Below are positions 60,991 through 64,000 of a stretch of 64,000 bases of DNA, in pieces. Source of the stretch: Sphingomonadales bacterium (GTDB taxonomy: Bacteria; Pseudomonadota; Alphaproteobacteria; Sphingomonadales; Sphingomonadaceae); the NCBI GenBank assembly GCA_038202745.1, contig JBBRER010000003.1, forward strand, positions 676-64,675, written 5' to 3'. Under the pieces are notes generated by a model. That model was not told the origin of the DNA, made no database searches, and worked only from the letters and a program-made list of their open reading frames with translations. The translations under genes and the position numbers were made by a program. Within the stretch, counting starts at the first letter, position 1; each line of letters starts with the position of its first letter.

Positions 60991-62759
60991 GAACCCCTCC
61001 AGGGAGTGAGGCGTGTGGTGATGGTGAACAGCGCGCGGACGTCGCCGCGCCGCGCCTGCGTGCCGGCGCGGTCGAGCGGGACCGCCAGCGTGAAATTGAA
61101 GTCGGCATGGTCGCCCCAGCGCGTGCGCACCCCGCCGCCCGCCGACCAGACGTGACGCGGATCGTCGGTCGCGCCGCCGTCGTTGGTCCATACCCACGCG
61201 GTGTCGAGGAACGCGAACGGCTGGAACCGCCATTGCTCGGGGGTTTGCGGGGTCAGACGCCCGGCGCGCAGCTCGAACCCGCTGCCCACGCCGCTGTCGC
61301 CCTGGACCACGCCCGGATCGAAGCCGCGCCCGATCGTGTAGTTGCCCAGGCTGAACTGCTCGTAGCTGAGCAGCGGGTCGGGCGAGTATTGCACGCGTGG
61401 GGTCAGCGCGAAAGTGATCGCGGGACCCGGGCGGAACTCGATCGCGGCTTCGGCGCGCGCGACGAACCCGGTTGGGTCGGCGGTGAAGTTGCTGATCGGG
61501 ATCGCCGGGAACAGGCACTTGGTCACCGGGCGGCAATTCGGGCTCGCGCCGAGCACGTCGAGTCCCTGGCGCACTTCGGCGCCGAGTGCGGCGCGCCAGC
61601 GCGGCTCGCTCGCGGTAAAGCCGCCGCGACTGCGCAGGCTGGCGGAATCGAACGCGTCGAGATCGAGCCGTGCGAACGCGACTCGCAGCTTGTCTTGGGA
61701 GAGCGGATTGGGGCCGAAGCGGATTTTCTGGTCGATCGCCTCGAGACCGACGGTCGCGCCGAGCGAGAGCGCCTGGCGGCGGATCAGCGCGTCGCGCAGA
61801 TGCCCTTCGAAAATCCACGTCTCGGTGCGAAACGCGCCGCGCGCGATATCGGGATGACCGCGTCCGTAAACGACTTGCCCGCCCAATCGCAGCCCGTTGG
61901 CGTTGAGCGCGAATTCGTGGGTCAGCTCGGCGACGGTCTGCTCGCGGGTCTGGAAAGTGTTGTAGAGGCTCAGCGTCGTGCGGTCGCCGAGCCCGGTCAG
62001 GTCGTTGAGCACGAGCTGGGCGAAGCCGCCGAACGGCCCGGTGGTCTGCGCGCCGAGGTTCTGGACGGTCGCGTAAAGCTCGACCGGACGCCGCGTGACG
62101 ACGACGTCGCCGACCACCTCGCCCGGTGCGGTCCCGGCGGGGCGGAGCACGAGGCGGACGTCGTAGCCGGGCAAATCGCGCGCCAGCAGCAGGCTGCGCT
62201 CGGCCTCGTGGGTATTGAAATATGGCCGCGTGGTCAGCTTGCGCAGATGCGCGGCGATCAAATTTTCGGACTTGCCCGGCTGTCCGCGCACCTGAATATC
62301 GACCAGCTTGGCGATCAGCACATCCATCCGCACGGTGCCGCCGGTGTCGATCCGCTGCGGCGGGATCTGGACCGCGGCGAGGTAGCCCATTTCGCGCAGC
62401 CGGGTCGCGGCGCGGTCGCGGACTTCGCACAGCGCCGAAATCGGGACTTCGTGCCCCGCGTACTCGGCCCAGGTGTCGCGCAGCGCTTCGGGCGGGACCG
62501 CGCTTTGGCTGCCGAAATCGACGCTTGCGAAGTTCGCCTTGACGTTCGCGTAAGCCGGATCGGCGAGCGGGCAAGGGCCACGTTCGATATCGCCCTCGAT
62601 GGTAAGCCGCGAGCCGCGCGTCTCGTCGCGCGGCTGCGCCACGCGCAGCTCCTCGCGCGTCGGGGGAACCGTTTGCGCGAGCGCAGGAGCCGCCCAGCCC
62701 GCGAGCGCGAGCGCGGCCAGCGAAACCGCCTGGCGTTTTTGCCCTATGCCATTGCGCAT
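60987..62759 (-). CDS. ShlB/FhaC/HecB-family two-partner-secretion outer-membrane transporter (TpsB)
   Basis: Signal peptide, a POTRA region (VPISALCEVRDRAATRLREMGYLAAVQIPPQ...GTVRMDVLIAKL), then a 16-strand-type barrel ending in an aromatic-rich C-terminus. Confidence 0.8.
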   Translation of the reverse strand: MRNGIGQKRQAVSLAALALAGWAAPALAQTVPPTREELRVAQPRDETRGSRLTIEGDIERGPCPLADPAYANVKANFASVDFGSQSAVPPEALRDTWAEYAGHEVPISALCEVRDRAATRLREMGYLAAVQIPPQRIDTGGTVRMDVLIAKLVDIQVRGQPGKSENLIAAHLRKLTTRPYFNTHEAERSLLLARDLPGYDVRLVLRPAGTAPGEVVGDVVVTRRPVELYATVQNLGAQTTGPFGGFAQLVLNDLTGLGDRTTLSLYNTFQTREQTVAELTHEFALNANGLRLGGQVVYGRGHPDIARGAFRTETWIFEGHLRDALIRRQALSLGATVGLEAIDQKIRFGPNPLSQDKLRVAFARLDLDAFDSASLRSRGGFTASEPRWRAALGAEVRQGLDVLGASPNCRPVTKCLFPAIPISNFTADPTGFVARAEAAIEFRPGPAITFALTPRVQYSPDPLLSYEQFSLGNYTIGRGFDPGVVQGDSGVGSGFELRAGRLTPQTPEQWRFQPFAFLDTAWVWTNDGGATDDPRHVWSAGGGVRTRWGDHADFNFTLAVPLDRAGTQARRGDVRALFTITTRLTPWRGS

Positions 62760-62786
62760 CGCTATCGACCCCCGCCCGCGTTCGCT

Positions 62787-63530
62787 CTAGCGCCGCGCCA
62801 GCGTCGTCGACATCAGGTCGAGCTGGGCCTTGCAGCCTTTGTCGATCAGCGCGGCGGCGAGGTTCTCGGGGCCGACGGGCATGTTCGGCAGCTGGATGAA
62901 AGTGACGTAGCTCGCCGCGCCGCTCGCGCCGGTGATGCGATACGTCGCGCCCGGGCGGATCGCGAGCTTCGCGCCGTCCCACGCCGCGACCGGGGCGTCG
63001 GCGGTGAACGCGACATTGGTGCCGGCTCCGCTTTTTTCGTCCTTGACCGTATAAGCCGCCGCTCCGGCCGAACTGCCGCGCCACAGGCTGACCGCGGATG
63101 CATCGACATAGCAATGCGGCCCCGATTGCGCGGTATCTACGTACCACAGGTTCGGGCTGGGCATCCGCCCTTCCGTTCCGGGCGCGCCGCGCACCGCCCC
63201 GGTGCGGACGCGCGAGGCCGCCATCGGTCGGGTGAACATCGCGAATGTCGCGCTCTGCGCCGCCGCCGCGCTGCCGTTGAGGGTGAAGGTTCCCCCGCCG
63301 CGCAGCACCCGCGTGCCCTTGCTGTCGAGCACGGTGACAATGTCGCCCGCGCGCAAAGTGATCCGGGCGTTGTCGTCGAGCTTGCGCCCGGCGGGATAGT
63401 CGCGCGCCGAAGGCCCGCTCGAGGCGACGACGATCGCCGCGGCGGCGAGCGTCGGGGCGGCGAGGAGGAGCGCCCCGGCGACGGCCAACGCGGCGCGGCG
63501 GACGAAATGGTCATGCGAGGATCGAGGCAT
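62787..63530 (-). CDS. secreted protein with FecR-like N-terminal beta-sandwich segment
   Basis: Signal peptide AALAVAGALLLAAPTLAAA. YPAGRKLDDNARITLRAGDIVTVLDSKGTRVLRGGGTFTL resembles the FecR-domain pattern. The family call is weak. Confidence 0.4.
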   Translation of the reverse strand: MPRSSHDHFVRRAALAVAGALLLAAPTLAAAAIVVASSGPSARDYPAGRKLDDNARITLRAGDIVTVLDSKGTRVLRGGGTFTLNGSAAAAQSATFAMFTRPMAASRVRTGAVRGAPGTEGRMPSPNLWYVDTAQSGPHCYVDASAVSLWRGSSAGAAAYTVKDEKSGAGTNVAFTADAPVAAWDGAKLAIRPGATYRITGASGAASYVTFIQLPNMPVGPENLAAALIDKGCKAQLDLMSTTLARR

Positions 63531-64000
63531 CGTTCTCTCCCAGATCGCGGATTCGCGACAACAAGTTCAGGATTGCACTATCGTGCGGAAAAGTCTTGGC
63601 GATTGTCGCCAGCGCGGTAACCCGTTTCGCGCCCGCCTGCCCCAACGCGGTGACCAGATCGTCGCGCGCCGCCTCGGGAAAATCGGGCGTCGCTTCGAAA
63701 ATGTCGACCGGCTGGGCGCGGCCGCGCAGCACCACCCGGCCCAGCGGCCGCCACCAGTCGAGCCCCGAGCGCTCGACGAACTCGCGGCTCGCCAGCACGC
63801 TCGAGCCGAGTTCCTTGTTCGCGGCCTCGAGCCGGGCGGCGGTGTTCATCGCGTCGCCAAGCGCGGTGTACTGGATGCGGCGCTCGCCGCCGAAGTTGCC
63901 GACCACCGCCTCGCCGTAATGCATCCCCACGCGAGTCTTGCCGATCGGGGGAATCCCGGGGCCGGCGCTGGCGCGGAAATCCTCGCCCGCGCGCCACATC
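63511..64000 (-). CDS. class III adenylate/guanylate cyclase, C-terminal part only (5' end outside window)
   Basis: GMHYGEAVVGNFGGERRIQYTALGDAMNTAARLEAANKELG is the canonical cyclase-homology-domain C-terminal motif. The stop at 63511-63513 overlaps the next gene by 20 nt. Confidence 0.75.
   Translation of the reverse strand, partial: MWRAGEDFRASAGPGIPPIGKTRVGMHYGEAVVGNFGGERRIQYTALGDAMNTAARLEAANKELGSSVLASREFVERSGLDWWRPLGRVVLRGRAQPVDIFEATPDFPEAARDDLVTALGQAGAKRVTALATIAKTFPHDSAILNLLSRIRDLGENDASILA

Noticed and set aside
60991-63147. N-terminal 719-aa extension that would make tpsA a 2821-aa protein (ORF 54682..63147)
   Set aside because: The extension is Arg/Pro/Ala-rich and overlaps the whole tpsB gene in another frame. 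A proper signal peptide plus TPS domain begins at ATG 60990, which forms an ATGA junction with the tpsB stop.
61107-63620. 837-aa plus-strand ORF
   Set aside because: It is antisense to tpsB and the FecR-like gene, with an Arg/Gly/Asp-rich translation. The opposite strand encodes a coherent POTRA-barrel protein.

Overview
This is a GC-rich chromosomal segment (roughly two-thirds G+C by eye, not computed). Gene content looks alphaproteobacterial, probably Sphingomonadales-like. That is an inference from imuA-imuB-dnaE2 behind a GAAC-N7-GAAC SOS box, metXW, ftsEX-ydcF-plsC synteny and REP-like palindromes. I can support about 55 protein genes and 2 tRNA-Leu. I saw no rRNA, CRISPR array, transposase, integrase or phage genes.

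Layout:
- 1-4.9 kb: minus-strand oxidoreductase/glycosidase operon (SDR, GH130-like, LldD-like, frameshifted TPP enzyme, ASRT-like gene cut by the window edge).
- 5-19.6 kb: housekeeping genes (fasciclin, DUF417, GST, VOC, metXW, hisC-tyrC, plsC, ydcF, ftsEX, cytochrome c'/b561, DSD1-type PLP enzyme).
- 19.6-25.2 kb: SOS mutagenesis cassette.
- 25.2-33.4 kb: MCP, GGDEF-EAL and cheR-B-Y-W-A.
- 33.5-39.4 kb: aroQ, gdhA, an orphan Pycsar-effector-like membrane protein, a TonB-dependent receptor and ccmI-like.
- 39.4-64 kb: the most unusual region, two convergent operons.
  - Plus strand: a cytoplasmic FAD/NAD(P)-2xcNMP-binding-4x[4Fe-4S] oxidoreductase, a His-rich 5-TM protein, an FHA-TM-decaheme cytochrome and a class III cNMP phosphodiesterase-like gene.
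  - Minus strand, translationally coupled: class III nucleotidyl cyclase (partial), FecR-like secreted protein, TpsB, a 2102-aa TpsA, a multihaem cytochrome, a tandem GlcG/HbpS-like lipoprotein, a large outer-membrane beta-barrel and a 1329-aa decahaem cytochrome fused to LVIVD beta-propeller repeats.

I read the 39.4-64 kb region as a candidate, apparently uncharacterised, cyclic-nucleotide-wired trans-envelope electron-transfer and secretion system.

All functional calls rest on motif and family recognition from memory; no database search was run. Many long ORFs in the track are antisense or shadow ORFs typical of high-GC DNA and were rejected.
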